NCBI GenBank assembly: GCA_964457935.1
Contig: CAYWFC010000002.1
Coordinates: 1-59,521 of the forward strand
Length of the DNA stretch: 59,521 nt
From: an uncultured Lachnospiraceae bacterium
GTDB taxonomy: Bacteria > Bacillota > Clostridia > Christensenellales > UBA1242
Direction of reading: 5' to 3'
Numbering within the stretch: the first letter of the stretch is position 1; every line of letters starts with the position of its first letter. This document shows, piece after piece, positions 36,501 to 46,151 of the stretch. The notes below the pieces were generated by a model. That model searched no databases, was not told the DNA's origin, and saw only the letters and a program-made list of their open reading frames with translations. The translations under genes and the position numbers were made by a program.

Positions 36501-39500
36501 TTAATCGCGCTTTTCATCTTTTTTATTATGCAATGACAGATTGCGCATAGTGGCATCCAGCTGTGACAGAGATATCAGTTCTGGGTGTGATTTGGCTGTA
36601 ATCTTGAAGCGATTTTCGCTCAAGACGAAGTCCTCGAAACTCTTAGTAGGAGTGGCGCTATCTATCTGCAGTGGCTCATCCAATGATGGGTCATATCTAA
36701 ACAAAGTATTGTATCCGCACTGCACGCTATCTTTGGCATGCGTCTGGCTCAGGCGCATATCGTAGCCATGATTGATGCAAGGGGAGTATGCCACTATGAT
36801 GCTGACGCCGTCGTATCGCTCTGCCTCGGTGAAAGCCTTGACTGCTTGGTCAGGATTGGCGCCCAGCACTACTTGCGCCACGTATACATTTCGGTACGTC
36901 ATGGCGAGTGACAGAAGGTCTTTTTTCTTATTCGCCTTGCCACTGACATTAAACTTCGCGCTAGCCCCTCTAGGAGTGGACTTGCTGGTCTGACCGCCCG
37001 TATTGCTATACACCTCGGTGTCCAGCACTAGGATATTGATATTCTCACCGCTAGCCAGCACATGGTCTAGCCCGCCGTAGCCTATGTCGAACGCCCATCC
37101 GTCACCGCCTACTATCCACACAGTAGGTGATATGATGTGAGATAGGTTTTCGGACAAGTAGCGCTCGTCGTCCGTCTGGGCTTTGGCGTCTAGTATGGCG
37201 CGCAAATGTAGATAAATCTGTCTATTTTGTTCGTGATTTTCTGTATCGGCGAGGAAACTATCTATCATAGGCTGTATGCTAGCGTCAAATGACATAGTCT
37301 GCAGTCTAGCGATGAAGTTGGCGCGGAGTGCTTTCTTGGTCATAGCGATGCCATAGCCGAATTCGGCATTGTCCTCAAACAAACTATTCGCCCACGCTAC
37401 GCCGAAGCCGTCCTCGTCCTTGGTATAAGGGCAAGTAGGGTATGTGCCACCATATATACTGCTACAGCCAGTGGCATTGGCTATCATGAGCCTATCGCCG
37501 TACAACTGCGACAAAAGCTTCAGATAAGGCGTCTCGCCACAGCCTGCGCACGCCCCGCTAAACTCGAAATATGGCTGTCTAAACTGCATAGATACAGTGT
37601 TCGTGACATTAGGACGGTAGTCGTGGTGCAAGGTGTTGCTGTAGTCGTAATTTGCGCGCTCTGTCTCGCCAATCTCGTCGAATGGGCACATTTGCAGTGC
37701 TTTTGTCTTGGCAGGGCATACTTCGCTACACACGCCACATCCAGTGCAGTCCATAGGACTAATCTGCAGTCTGTATTGATAGTCGGACAAATGATGTTTT
37801 TTGCTAGCGAACTGGGCAGGGGTGTCGCCATCTGGGTGGAAGAGCACCGGTCTGATAGCAGAGTGCGGGCAGACAATGGCGCAACGTCCGCATTGTATGC
37901 AATGCTCTGGTAGCCATTGTGGCAACTGGTCTGCTATGCCACGCTTCTCGTATTTGGTGGTGCCGACTGGCATATGGCCGTCAGGTGTGAATGCGCTAGT
38001 AGGCAATTCGCCACCTGCTAGGTGTGCGATAGGATTGATGATTTTGCCCACATACTCGTCAGCGCTGGCTGGATATCTACGGTCAGATGTCTGTGTGAAC
38101 GCGTCTGTGTCTATGCGACGAATGGAGTCACGCACGTCGTCGAGCGCTGTGATGTTTGACTGCACCACGCTGTCACCCTTGGATGCGAACATTTTGGTGA
38201 TATTGGTTACCATATGGCTGTAGGCGAAGTCGTAATCTACTACGCCTGACACGCAGAACATGGCTAACTGCATTACGTTGTTTATTTTGTTTTTTAGCCC
38301 ATGTGCGCGCGCAATACCGCTGGCGTCTATAGCGTAGACTGACAGGTGTTTGGCATTTATAGCATTTTTCACGAAATTAGGCAAGTGAGCGTCCAATTCG
38401 TCCGCATCGAAGTGCGTATTGACCAGCAGTATGCCATTTGGCTTGATATTGCGCAAAAGGTCGTATTTCAGCAGGAAATTGAAGTGATTGCACTGCAATA
38501 AGTCCACACTGCGGTCCACATAAGGGCAGTCAATAGGCTGGCTGTCGTAGCGCAGGTGAGATATAGTGAGCGAGCCAGATTTCTTGCTATCGTACTCAAA
38601 GTACCCTTGGGTGTAATGGTCTGGCACTTCGCCCAAAATCTTGATAGTACTCTTGCTCGCCGAGACACTGCCGTCGTTGCCCAGTCCGTACACACGCGCC
38701 GAAAAGTCAAAGTCGTGTGTGTATTCTTCGCGCACTGGCAGTGAGGTGTCGCACAGGTCGTCGTCTATGCCTACAGTGAAGAAGCGCTTTTGGTCATGGG
38801 ACATATTGTCAAACACTGCGCGTGCCATATCGGGGGTAAATTCTTTGCCACCCAAGCCGTAGCAACCGCTGTACAGGTCGGCGTCTATGTGGTTTTTCGC
38901 TAGAGTAGTGGCTACGTATCCAAACAATGTGTCTGTGCCATTGGTGTCGAGATTTCGCTCTATGACTGTGATGCGTCGAGCGGTGCGTGGTAGTTTGGCT
39001 AAGAAAGTCTGCTCATCGAATGGCTTCAGCACGCGAATCTGCAGTATGCCGTCTGCGCCGACTACGCGCTTCAGACTATCCACTGCTGTGCCCATACATA
39101 CCACTACATTCTCGGCGTCGGGCGAACCGTAGTACTCCACTGTGTCGTAATGCCTGCCTGTGAGGGTGGCGACTGTGGCGAATGCGTCCTTTATGTCGGC
39201 GAGAGTGCGCTGGTAGTAGCCTAGGCTGGCGACGCGATTTTGAAAGAAAACATCTGCGTTTTGGTTAGTCCCTTTGGCGTAAGGAGTGGCAGGCGACATT
39301 TGGCGTGATTTGTACGACTGTATGGCGTCAAAATCCACCACTTCTGCCAGGTCAGCCAATTCTGTCTGCTCTATGGTGTTTAGCTCGTGCGAAGTCCTAA
39401 ATCCGTCAAAGAAGCATATGAACGGAGTGCTGTTTCGGTACGAAGCGAGATGACACGCTATGGCTAGGTCATTGACCTCTTGCACGCTGGCACAGTTGAC

Positions 39501-39914
39501 TATATTGAAGCCAGTCTTTAGGCATGCGTAAATGTCTGAATAGTCACAAAAAATATTCAGCGCGTGAGTAGCCACAGTACGCGCGGACACATATATGACG
39601 CAAGGCAATAATTCGCCCGCTATCTTGTACATATTGGGTAGCATGAGCAGTAGCCCTTGGCTAGACGTAAACGTGGTCGCCGTAGCACCGCTACACAGCG
39701 CCCCATGCAATGCCCCTGCCACTCCAGCCTCAGACTGCATCTGGTGCACTCTCAGCGGAGTACCGAAGATATTTAGCCTGCCGGCAGACGAATACTCGTC
39801 GCACAGCTCAGCCATAGTGGATGACGGCGTGATAGGGTAGATAAACGCCATTTCGTTGAACATGTAGGCAATGTTGGCAGCAGCCGTATTGCCGTCTATA
39901 CATACTTTTCTCAT
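36501..39914 (-). CDS. nifJ: pyruvate:ferredoxin (flavodoxin) oxidoreductase
   Basis: 1137 aa. Two ferredoxin motifs CIQCGRCAIVCP and CTGCGVCSEVCP. ThDP region GGDGWAFDIGYGG. Confidence 0.95.
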   Translation of the reverse strand: MRKVCIDGNTAAANIAYMFNEMAFIYPITPSSTMAELCDEYSSAGRLNIFGTPLRVHQMQSEAGVAGALHGALCSGATATTFTSSQGLLLMLPNMYKIAGELLPCVIYVSARTVATHALNIFCDYSDIYACLKTGFNIVNCASVQEVNDLAIACHLASYRNSTPFICFFDGFRTSHELNTIEQTELADLAEVVDFDAIQSYKSRQMSPATPYAKGTNQNADVFFQNRVASLGYYQRTLADIKDAFATVATLTGRHYDTVEYYGSPDAENVVVCMGTAVDSLKRVVGADGILQIRVLKPFDEQTFLAKLPRTARRITVIERNLDTNGTDTLFGYVATTLAKNHIDADLYSGCYGLGGKEFTPDMARAVFDNMSHDQKRFFTVGIDDDLCDTSLPVREEYTHDFDFSARVYGLGNDGSVSASKSTIKILGEVPDHYTQGYFEYDSKKSGSLTISHLRYDSQPIDCPYVDRSVDLLQCNHFNFLLKYDLLRNIKPNGILLVNTHFDADELDAHLPNFVKNAINAKHLSVYAIDASGIARAHGLKNKINNVMQLAMFCVSGVVDYDFAYSHMVTNITKMFASKGDSVVQSNITALDDVRDSIRRIDTDAFTQTSDRRYPASADEYVGKIINPIAHLAGGELPTSAFTPDGHMPVGTTKYEKRGIADQLPQWLPEHCIQCGRCAIVCPHSAIRPVLFHPDGDTPAQFASKKHHLSDYQYRLQISPMDCTGCGVCSEVCPAKTKALQMCPFDEIGETERANYDYSNTLHHDYRPNVTNTVSMQFRQPYFEFSGACAGCGETPYLKLLSQLYGDRLMIANATGCSSIYGGTYPTCPYTKDEDGFGVAWANSLFEDNAEFGYGIAMTKKALRANFIARLQTMSFDASIQPMIDSFLADTENHEQNRQIYLHLRAILDAKAQTDDERYLSENLSHIISPTVWIVGGDGWAFDIGYGGLDHVLASGENINILVLDTEVYSNTGGQTSKSTPRGASAKFNVSGKANKKKDLLSLAMTYRNVYVAQVVLGANPDQAVKAFTEAERYDGVSIIVAYSPCINHGYDMRLSQTHAKDSVQCGYNTLFRYDPSLDEPLQIDSATPTKSFEDFVLSENRFKITAKSHPELISLSQLDATMRNLSLHNKKDEKRD

Positions 39915-40021
39915 GATATATCCTTTTATATGTATATTTTAGTACTTTTGATGATTTGTAGTCAAATGTTTGCGTTATTTTTGTGATTTATTGTATAATA
40001 TTTCTCGTAGAAGGATAGATT

Positions 40022-40753
40022 ATGAGATATGTGATGAGAGTGTCCTATGTGGGCACAGCATACAATGGCTTTCAGATACAGCCACAAGGCGACACCATAG
40101 CAGGGGAATTAAATCGAAGCCTGAGCGTAATACTGCGCTGTGACGTCAGCGTGACGGCTAGCGGACGCACTGACGCCGGTGTGCACGCTCTGGGTCAAGT
40201 GGTGCATTTCGACGCGCCAGAGTGCGATAGCGCTAGACTAGTCCGTAGTATGAATGGGCTTTTGCCAGCGGACATACGAGTGCTGTCGTGCGAGCAGTGC
40301 GACATACACGCACGCTATGACGCTAAGCGCAAAACTTATAAATATATGTTTTATCTCGCCGATGAGGAACTGCCTATGTGTCGCGACCGCATGCTACGCG
40401 TAGACCGCGCGGTAAATGTAGATGCGATGAGTGAGTGCTGTCAGATGCTGGTGGGGACGCACGATTTTCGCAATTTCTGCGCCAGCGGTAGCCAAGCCAC
40501 TACGTTCGATAGGACTATATATGAATGTCGCATTGACCACGTGAGGAGAGAGAGTTTTGGAGACTTTTATGCGCTCAGCGTGACGGGAGACGGATTCTTG
40601 TACAAAATGGTGCGAAACATCATGGGGCTACTGCTCGCAGTCGGGCAGGGCAAGGTGGATATGGCGCTATTTGCTGAGCGCGCATTCGGCGACGCCAAGG
40701 TCACCACGCCTGCACCTGCGCATGGACTGTATCTGTATGACGTGGAATATTAA
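40022..40753 (+). CDS. truA: tRNA pseudouridine(38-40) synthase
   Basis: GRTDAGVHALGQVVHF catalytic Asp motif. GDGFLYKMVRNIMG. Confidence 0.9.
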   Translation: MRYVMRVSYVGTAYNGFQIQPQGDTIAGELNRSLSVILRCDVSVTASGRTDAGVHALGQVVHFDAPECDSARLVRSMNGLLPADIRVLSCEQCDIHARYDAKRKTYKYMFYLADEELPMCRDRMLRVDRAVNVDAMSECCQMLVGTHDFRNFCASGSQATTFDRTIYECRIDHVRRESFGDFYALSVTGDGFLYKMVRNIMGLLLAVGQGKVDMALFAERAFGDAKVTTPAPAHGLYLYDVEY

Positions 40754-40780
40754 AATTTTGTATAAATTTGGCTAAAACAC

Positions 40781-40935
40781 TTGACAGTAGGACGGAAATA
40801 AGGTATTATATCAGACGATTGATGTAAATATCTTGCTTTACTATCCACACAGCCCAAAGCAAGTGTTTAATATAATCCATATGTTCGGAGTTTTCTGGCG
40901 GAGACTCGCGACAGACATTTGATAAGGAGAGAATT
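40781..40935 (+). promoter_or_regulatory. rplM-rpsI promoter plus ~120-nt structured leader (possible L13 autoregulatory leader)
   Basis: TTGACA (40781-40786)-17 nt-TATTAT (40804-40809). The leader contains hairpin CTTGCTTT...AAAGCAAG (40832-40863). L13 leaders are known in Firmicutes, but identity was not verified. Confidence 0.35.
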
Positions 40936-41376
40936 ATGAAAACATACATGGCTAAACCCGCTACTGTAGAGAAGAAATGGTATGTCATCGACGGCGCTAA
41001 TCAGCCTCTAGGCAGAGTCGCTAGCGAAGTAGCACACATTTTGCGTGGCAAGCACAAGACTACATTTACCCCTAACGTAGACTGCGGAGACAATGTTATT
41101 GTTATAAATAGCGACAAATTGGTGTTGACTGGCAATAAGTTGACACAAAAATACTTCAAGAGATACAGCGGATACACTGCTGGCTTGAAGGAAATACAGT
41201 ACAAGAAAATGATGGAAGAACAATCTGACGTAGCACTACTTCGTGCAGTGAAGGGTATGCTACCAAAGAATAGCCTAGGTAGACAGATGGCTACACATTG
41301 CCTGATCTACAAGGGCGCTGAGCATCCACATGACGCTCAAAAGCCAGAAGTTTGGACTATCAAAGGAGATAAGTAA
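40936..41376 (+). CDS. rplM: 50S ribosomal protein L13
   Basis: [40 protein letters not shown]. Confidence 0.95.
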   Translation: MKTYMAKPATVEKKWYVIDGANQPLGRVASEVAHILRGKHKTTFTPNVDCGDNVIVINSDKLVLTGNKLTQKYFKRYSGYTAGLKEIQYKKMMEEQSDVALLRAVKGMLPKNSLGRQMATHCLIYKGAEHPHDAQKPEVWTIKGDK

Positions 41377-41879
41377 TGGAAGAAGTAGAAGTAAAGAAGA
41401 CTAGAGCCCCTAGAGCGAAGAAAGTAGCCGAAGAGACAGTAGTAGAAGAAAAGGTGGCTAAGAAGCCTACAGCGAAGAAAGCTAAAGGCAAAGCATCTGA
41501 GTACCTAGGCACTGGCAAGAGAAAATGCAGTGTGGCTAGAGTGCGCCTCACTGTCGGCACTGGCAAATTCGTCGTAAACGGCAAGAATGTAGAAGATTAT
41601 TTCAAACTACCTACATTGGTCATCGTGGCTAAACAGCCATTGGTATTGACTGGCCTAGAGAATCAAGTAGACATCAGTGTCAACGTATATGGCGGTGGCT
41701 TCACTGGTCAGGCAGGCGCTGTGAGACATGGCGTGACTCGCGCATTGATGGAGTACAATGAGAACCTACGCGCTGAACTGAAGAAAGCAGGCTTCGTCAC
41801 TCGTGACAGTCGTGTCAAAGAGAGAAAGAAGTATGGCTTGAAGAAAGCTAGAAAAGCACCACAATTCAGTAAGAGATAA
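41376..41879 (+). CDS. rpsI: 30S ribosomal protein S9 with ~37-aa Lys/Glu-rich N-terminal extension
   Basis: [14 protein letters not shown] core and C-terminal [23 protein letters not shown] overlap with rplM. Confidence 0.9.
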   Translation: MEEVEVKKTRAPRAKKVAEETVVEEKVAKKPTAKKAKGKASEYLGTGKRKCSVARVRLTVGTGKFVVNGKNVEDYFKLPTLVIVAKQPLVLTGLENQVDISVNVYGGGFTGQAGAVRHGVTRALMEYNENLRAELKKAGFVTRDSRVKERKKYGLKKARKAPQFSKR

Positions 41880-41945
41880 TATGACAAAACTGACTGTAGA
41901 GATACAGCCAGTTTTTTTGTTTGAAATCGGATTTTTGGTGATACA

Positions 41946-42290
41946 CTACACCAGCCCCAGACTAATGGCTATGGCGCGGTCGATTTTCTGCATAGTTATG
42001 TAGTCTAGGGTACATATCTTCTCACGCAGGCGTTGCTTGTCTAGCGTGCGTATCTGCTCTAGCAGTATGACGCTGTCTTTGGGCAGGGGATAGCGCGACT
42101 TCGCCAACTCTATGTGAGTGGGGAGTTTGGCTTTGGTCAGTTGGCTGGTGATAGCGGACACTATGACGGTGGGAGAGTATTTATTGCCGACGTCGTTTTG
42201 GACTATCAGCACTGGCCGAATACCGCCCTGCTCGCTACCTACGACAGGACTCAGGTCTGCATAATATATTTCGCCTCGTGTGATCGTCAA
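41946..42290 (-). CDS. mazF: type II toxin MazF/EndoA (PemK family mRNA interferase)
   Basis: [58 protein letters not shown] closely resembles B. subtilis EndoA. TTG start with an AGGAG RBS inside the upstream gene end. Confidence 0.9.
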   Translation of the reverse strand: MTITRGEIYYADLSPVVGSEQGGIRPVLIVQNDVGNKYSPTVIVSAITSQLTKAKLPTHIELAKSRYPLPKDSVILLEQIRTLDKQRLREKICTLDYITMQKIDRAIAISLGLV

Positions 42291-42292
42291 TG

Positions 42293-42493
42293 CTACTCCT
42301 CGTCTGATAAAAATCTCTCATACTCCGCTAGGTCTGCATCCCACGACATTTGGTCGTCCAGTGATGACAGCACCGCTCGGTATTCATTATCAGTATATGT
42401 GGACTGGTCGAATTTTGGCATAGCGTACCGCGGGGTGGTGCGGAATGTGTGCCTAGAGTATGCTCGCGCCAGTCTGTCTATACTATATGTCAT
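42293..42493 (-). CDS. putative cognate antitoxin (66 aa, acidic C-terminus, no obvious RHH/AbrB motif)
   Basis: Ends 2 nt before the mazF start. C-terminus [21 protein letters not shown]. Assigned by position only. Confidence 0.5.
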   Translation of the reverse strand: MTYSIDRLARAYSRHTFRTTPRYAMPKFDQSTYTDNEYRAVLSSLDDQMSWDADLAEYERFLSDEE

Positions 42494-42688
42494 AATATTC
42501 TCCTTGTGAGATAAATGTTATACCGATATTTTGTGTGATATTGTGTGAATTATTCGAATAATAATGGAGAATATTGTCGAAAAGTATTTTTTCGCACATT
42601 TTGCATTAATATTTGTCCAAATATTTGACTTAATTTGACATATGAATTATTATTAGTGCATAAAAGGAATACTCTAGGGAGCGAAAAT

Positions 42689-43114
42689 ATGAAATCTTTA
42701 GTATTAAAATATCTCTCTATTACACTATGTATAGCATCTATCATAGTTCTTTTTTTGGATCAGTACGTATCAATATATGGTGCGTATAGGGCCACGTTCA
42801 CATTATGGGATATTGATTATTCTTATGGTCTAGTAGCGATGATATTGGCTGTCACGACTGAGGTAGTAGTAGTATTTATGTCTATCATTGAGTTTTTTGA
42901 CATAACGACAGACGGCAAAGGTCTGAACAAAGTGTATGCAGCGATGCACTACATAGCTATCTTGGGTATATTACTGTCTGTCGCTACACTGGTGTGGCAG
43001 ATAGCAGTGGCCACGCAATACGGCTTGCATTTGAAGCTTTACGCTATCATAATGTTCTTGTGCTCGCTATCGAGTGCGATCTGTACACTCATAGATGCCA
43101 AACTGAGAAAATAA
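42689..43114 (+). CDS. 4-TM membrane protein, paralog A
   Basis: ATG 42689 after GGGAG. MKSLVLKYLSITLCIASIIVLFLDQY... Paralogous to 43218-43646. Confidence 0.6.
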   Translation: MKSLVLKYLSITLCIASIIVLFLDQYVSIYGAYRATFTLWDIDYSYGLVAMILAVTTEVVVVFMSIIEFFDITTDGKGLNKVYAAMHYIAILGILLSVATLVWQIAVATQYGLHLKLYAIIMFLCSLSSAICTLIDAKLRK

Positions 43115-43217
43115 TACGGATATCAAATTTCATCAATTTTTATTAAATATTTGACTTAATTGTTCATATACATTATTATATACTTATCCGTTGAGGAAAT
43201 ATTATAAGGAGGGAAAC

Positions 43218-43646
43218 ATGAAGAAAGTATTGAAGTTTAGTTCTGTGGTATTAGCTGTGGCATCTATCGTAATGATCTTCTTAGATCAGTATTGCGTTAA
43301 AGGTCTAGTTAAAACTTACTACCACAAGCTAGGTTATGAGCCTTATTTGGAATATACTAGCTGGGCTAAATTAGCACAGATCTTCGCTATCATCACTGCA
43401 GTAGCAGTAGGCATTTTGGCAGTATTGGCACTTTTGGAAGCTTTGGATGTCAAAGGCTTGAAGAGCGTATACAAAGTGCTTCATTACATAGCTATCGTAG
43501 TAGCATTGTTGGCTATCGCTACATTTGTATTCCAGTTGATCATGAAGTCAAAAGTTGAATGCTCACTAGCTGCTCCAGCTATCATTATGTTCGTATGTTC
43601 ATTGTTGAGCGCTGGTAGTGTAGTTTTGAGTAAATATACTAAATAA
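43218..43646 (+). CDS. 4-TM membrane protein, paralog B
   Basis: ATG 43218 after AAGGAGGG. MKKVLKFSSVVLAVASIVMIFLDQY... Shares the LDQY, HYIAI and AIIMFxCSL blocks with paralog A. Confidence 0.65.
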   Translation: MKKVLKFSSVVLAVASIVMIFLDQYCVKGLVKTYYHKLGYEPYLEYTSWAKLAQIFAIITAVAVGILAVLALLEALDVKGLKSVYKVLHYIAIVVALLAIATFVFQLIMKSKVECSLAAPAIIMFVCSLLSAGSVVLSKYTK

Positions 43647-43658
43647 GATAGCAGTGTT

Positions 43659-43690
43659 AAAAAACTCTCTAGAGGGGTAGAGAGTTTTTT
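43659..43690. terminator. bidirectional terminator between membrane paralog B and the FAD oxidoreductase
   Basis: AAAAAACTCTCT-AGAGGGGT-AGAGAGTTTTTT. Confidence 0.75.
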
Positions 43691-43780
43691 GTCATTCATT
43701 ATTAGGAGCGAAGATGTCAGTGTAGAGATAGAGAGTTTTTTGTTATTCACGATTAGGTGTGAAGATGTCAGTGTATTCGT
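43679..43780. repeat. 51-bp tandem duplication covering a terminator arm and the 3' end of the FAD oxidoreductase gene
   Basis: AGAGAGTTTTTTGTCATTCATTATTAGGAGCGAAGATGTCAGTGTA (from 43679) vs AGAGAGTTTTTTGTTATTCACGATTAGGTGTGAAGATGTCAGTGTA (from 43730). Confidence 0.85.
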
Positions 43781-44921
43781 CGGGCTGGCCGTCGAGCAAG
43801 TGCTGTAGAGTGTGCACACCGCGCATGGCGTTGATGATGCCATTCGCGCCACAGCTGATGAAGTAGTACATGCCGTCGTCGTGGCGTCCTATGATGCCCA
43901 TATTGTTATCTGTCGTGCCGAATGCACCGCAAAATTTGTATTCTGTCACTATATCAGTGTCGGGGAAAAGGGCCTGCAGTTGGTGTAGCAGTTTGTCGTA
44001 CTGTTTGTCAGTCTTTTTGGCGTCTATGGTGTCTGTCATAGGCGTGTCTTCGCCACCGAATATGATGCGTCCGTCGGGGAGAGTGCGCATGTAGTGGTAC
44101 GGGTCGAGGCAGTCTTGGAGCAAGGTGCGCCTGTACCACATGAGTTCGGGCAAGGGCTGTGTCACTATGCTGTACGAGATATACCGCGTGCACAGGTCTG
44201 TGTCTATGTGCTCGAAGTCAAATCCTGTGGCTAGCACCACATTTCGGCACTTGATGACATTGCCGTAGCGCGTGGTGCAAGAGTAGCCGTCGCCTGTTCG
44301 AGATATATTGGATATCTCAGTATTCTCGTATATGTGCGACTGATTGGCAGAGCATTGTATTAATTGTCGAGTGAATAGGTATGGGTCCACCTCTGCGCCA
44401 CCACGCTCGCAGTACAGCCCGCACGCGATGTCGAAGTAAAAAGGATTGTTCGACGCGTCGATATATTCGCATTGGAATCCATGCTGTGTGCGAAAAGTGT
44501 ACTCGTCGCGGATGTCAGAGGCGTATTTGTCGTCTTGGGAGTAAATAAGGGTAGGACGACGGCAGAAATAGCAGTGATTGCCATGAGTATTCACGAAGCG
44601 CTCTATCTCGTCTATAGCGTGCAGTCCCAAGCGATAGCACGCCACTATGTCGCGCTCTGACATAACAGACGAGAGCGCGCTAGCAAAGTCGTCCAGCTGG
44701 TACTCCAGCAGGGCAGTGGCGCAACTGGTGCACCCATACCCAATGCGCGACCGCTCCACCAGCACTACATCGCGGGTCTGGGATAGATAATAATTGGCTA
44801 TCGCGCCATTGATACCGCCACCTATGATGAGAGTGTCACACAAGATATCTTGGCATAGATAAGGATATGCCATACTACTGCCATCGCGGATAAAATAAGG
44901 TTTGCCTTTAACGTATTCCAT
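43743..44921 (-). CDS. FAD-dependent oxidoreductase (DAO family)
   Basis: Dinucleotide-binding motif TLIIGGGINGAIANYYL...VVLVER. Start is uncertain (ATG 44921 or 44873). The ORF-track extension to 45002 runs into intergenic repeats. Confidence 0.75.
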   Translation of the reverse strand: MEYVKGKPYFIRDGSSMAYPYLCQDILCDTLIIGGGINGAIANYYLSQTRDVVLVERSRIGYGCTSCATALLEYQLDDFASALSSVMSERDIVACYRLGLHAIDEIERFVNTHGNHCYFCRRPTLIYSQDDKYASDIRDEYTFRTQHGFQCEYIDASNNPFYFDIACGLYCERGGAEVDPYLFTRQLIQCSANQSHIYENTEISNISRTGDGYSCTTRYGNVIKCRNVVLATGFDFEHIDTDLCTRYISYSIVTQPLPELMWYRRTLLQDCLDPYHYMRTLPDGRIIFGGEDTPMTDTIDAKKTDKQYDKLLHQLQALFPDTDIVTEYKFCGAFGTTDNNMGIIGRHDDGMYYFISCGANGIINAMRGVHTLQHLLDGQPDEYTDIFTPNRE

Positions 44922-44940
44922 ACATATATTATGACCATAT

Positions 44941-45150
44941 ATGTGGGAAATATATACGCTAGAAATGTGAATATATATCAGATAAATGATAATCTGCATC
45001 AAATATGTGAATATATATCAGATAAGTGAAAATGGATGCACCAGATATGCGGGAAATGTATACACCAAATAAGTGAAGCTATATTAGATGTGTAAAAATG
45101 TATACACCAAATAAGTGAATATATATTAGATATATGGAAAATGTATACAA
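44941..45150. repeat. degenerate ~40-43-bp tandem repeats upstream of the FAD oxidoreductase gene
   Basis: ATGTGAATATATATCAGATAA(A/G)TGA x2, then AAATGTATACACCAAATAAGTGAA...ATATTAGAT x2 plus a partial copy. Confidence 0.8.
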
Positions 45151-45179
45151 AAAAAGAGTGATGTTTATCACTCTTTTTT
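45149..45179. terminator. terminator downstream of the lipoprotein gene 45258-46007 (minus strand)
   Basis: AAAAAGAGTGAT-GTTT-ATCACTCTTTTT. Confidence 0.75.
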
Positions 45180-45257
45180 GATTAGATGTCTGCTTCTACA
45201 TAGTGTTAATATTAACCCCATATATACTCTTTTTAGATCTTGATTAGATATCTGCTC

Positions 45258-46007
45258 CTACATAGCGCTTGGATCAATGTAGTCAGAGAAGTCAGGGAAA
45301 CTGATAGTGCCATCGTATTTAGCCAATGTCAAAGTCATCTCGCCTTCTTCGTTAGTTACATTGTACTTGATACCAGACAATATGTCATTTTCGAATACGA
45401 AGTAATAGTCATTGATCTCATCAGCAGAGATGGTCTCAGACAATTTGTAGTATTTGGTGTAATTGTCCTCATAGAAGCTAACTGCTACTTGACCGTCGGC
45501 GTTGTTGAGTATATCATAGATGTCTTCTAAGTCAAAGTTGAATTCGCCAGTGTAACTATCAAAACTATCTAGGCTAGACAATGCCATTTTCATTTTAACA
45601 TTCATGCTTTGCGCTTTTGTATTCATGTACACATAGCCGTCTGTGATGTACATATTAATGTATTCACCTCCTGTAGAGATTTTTACAGCGAGTTTTGATG
45701 CGGTGTAGTCCTCATCATTGAATTGACAAATGGCATTCATAGTTGCTTTTGATTTCTTACCATCATCATCAGTGCTCACCACTACCATAGTGAATCTGTA
45801 ACTCTGCATATCTGCAGTAGTAGTCTCGGCTCCGAGGTAATCAACGAAAGTATTATTATCTTCTAGTGCGACATAGTTACTCTCTTTGCCAGTGTTTAGT
45901 GTAGCCTTGGTACTCAGCTGGTCTTTGTCGCTACAGCCATTGAATAGCATAGCGCATGGTAGCATGACTAACAATAGCATAAATGTGATAAGATTTCTCT
46001 TTTTCAT
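45258..46007 (-). CDS. lipoprotein (hypothetical)
   Basis: ATG 46007 with AGGAGAAAAT RBS. Signal peptide plus lipobox MKKRNLITFMLLLVMLPCAMLFNGC. Confidence 0.7.
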   Translation of the reverse strand: MKKRNLITFMLLLVMLPCAMLFNGCSDKDQLSTKATLNTGKESNYVALEDNNTFVDYLGAETTTADMQSYRFTMVVVSTDDDGKKSKATMNAICQFNDEDYTASKLAVKISTGGEYINMYITDGYVYMNTKAQSMNVKMKMALSSLDSFDSYTGEFNFDLEDIYDILNNADGQVAVSFYEDNYTKYYKLSETISADEINDYYFVFENDILSGIKYNVTNEEGEMTLTLAKYDGTISFPDFSDYIDPSAM

Positions 46008-46151
46008 AATATTTTCTCCTTTATTTGATATGAATATGATAGCACATCTGGTGACTAAATGCAAGTATTTTTTGATATATTCCGAAATGAATGATTTTCA
46101 CACAAAAGGGTGCCAATCTATATAATAATGGTAGAGACACAGGAGTATGAT

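Noticed and set aside
40806-40988. 60-aa minus-strand ORF upstream of rplM.
   Set aside because: It overlaps the rplM promoter, leader and start codon. It has no RBS and its composition is unremarkable.
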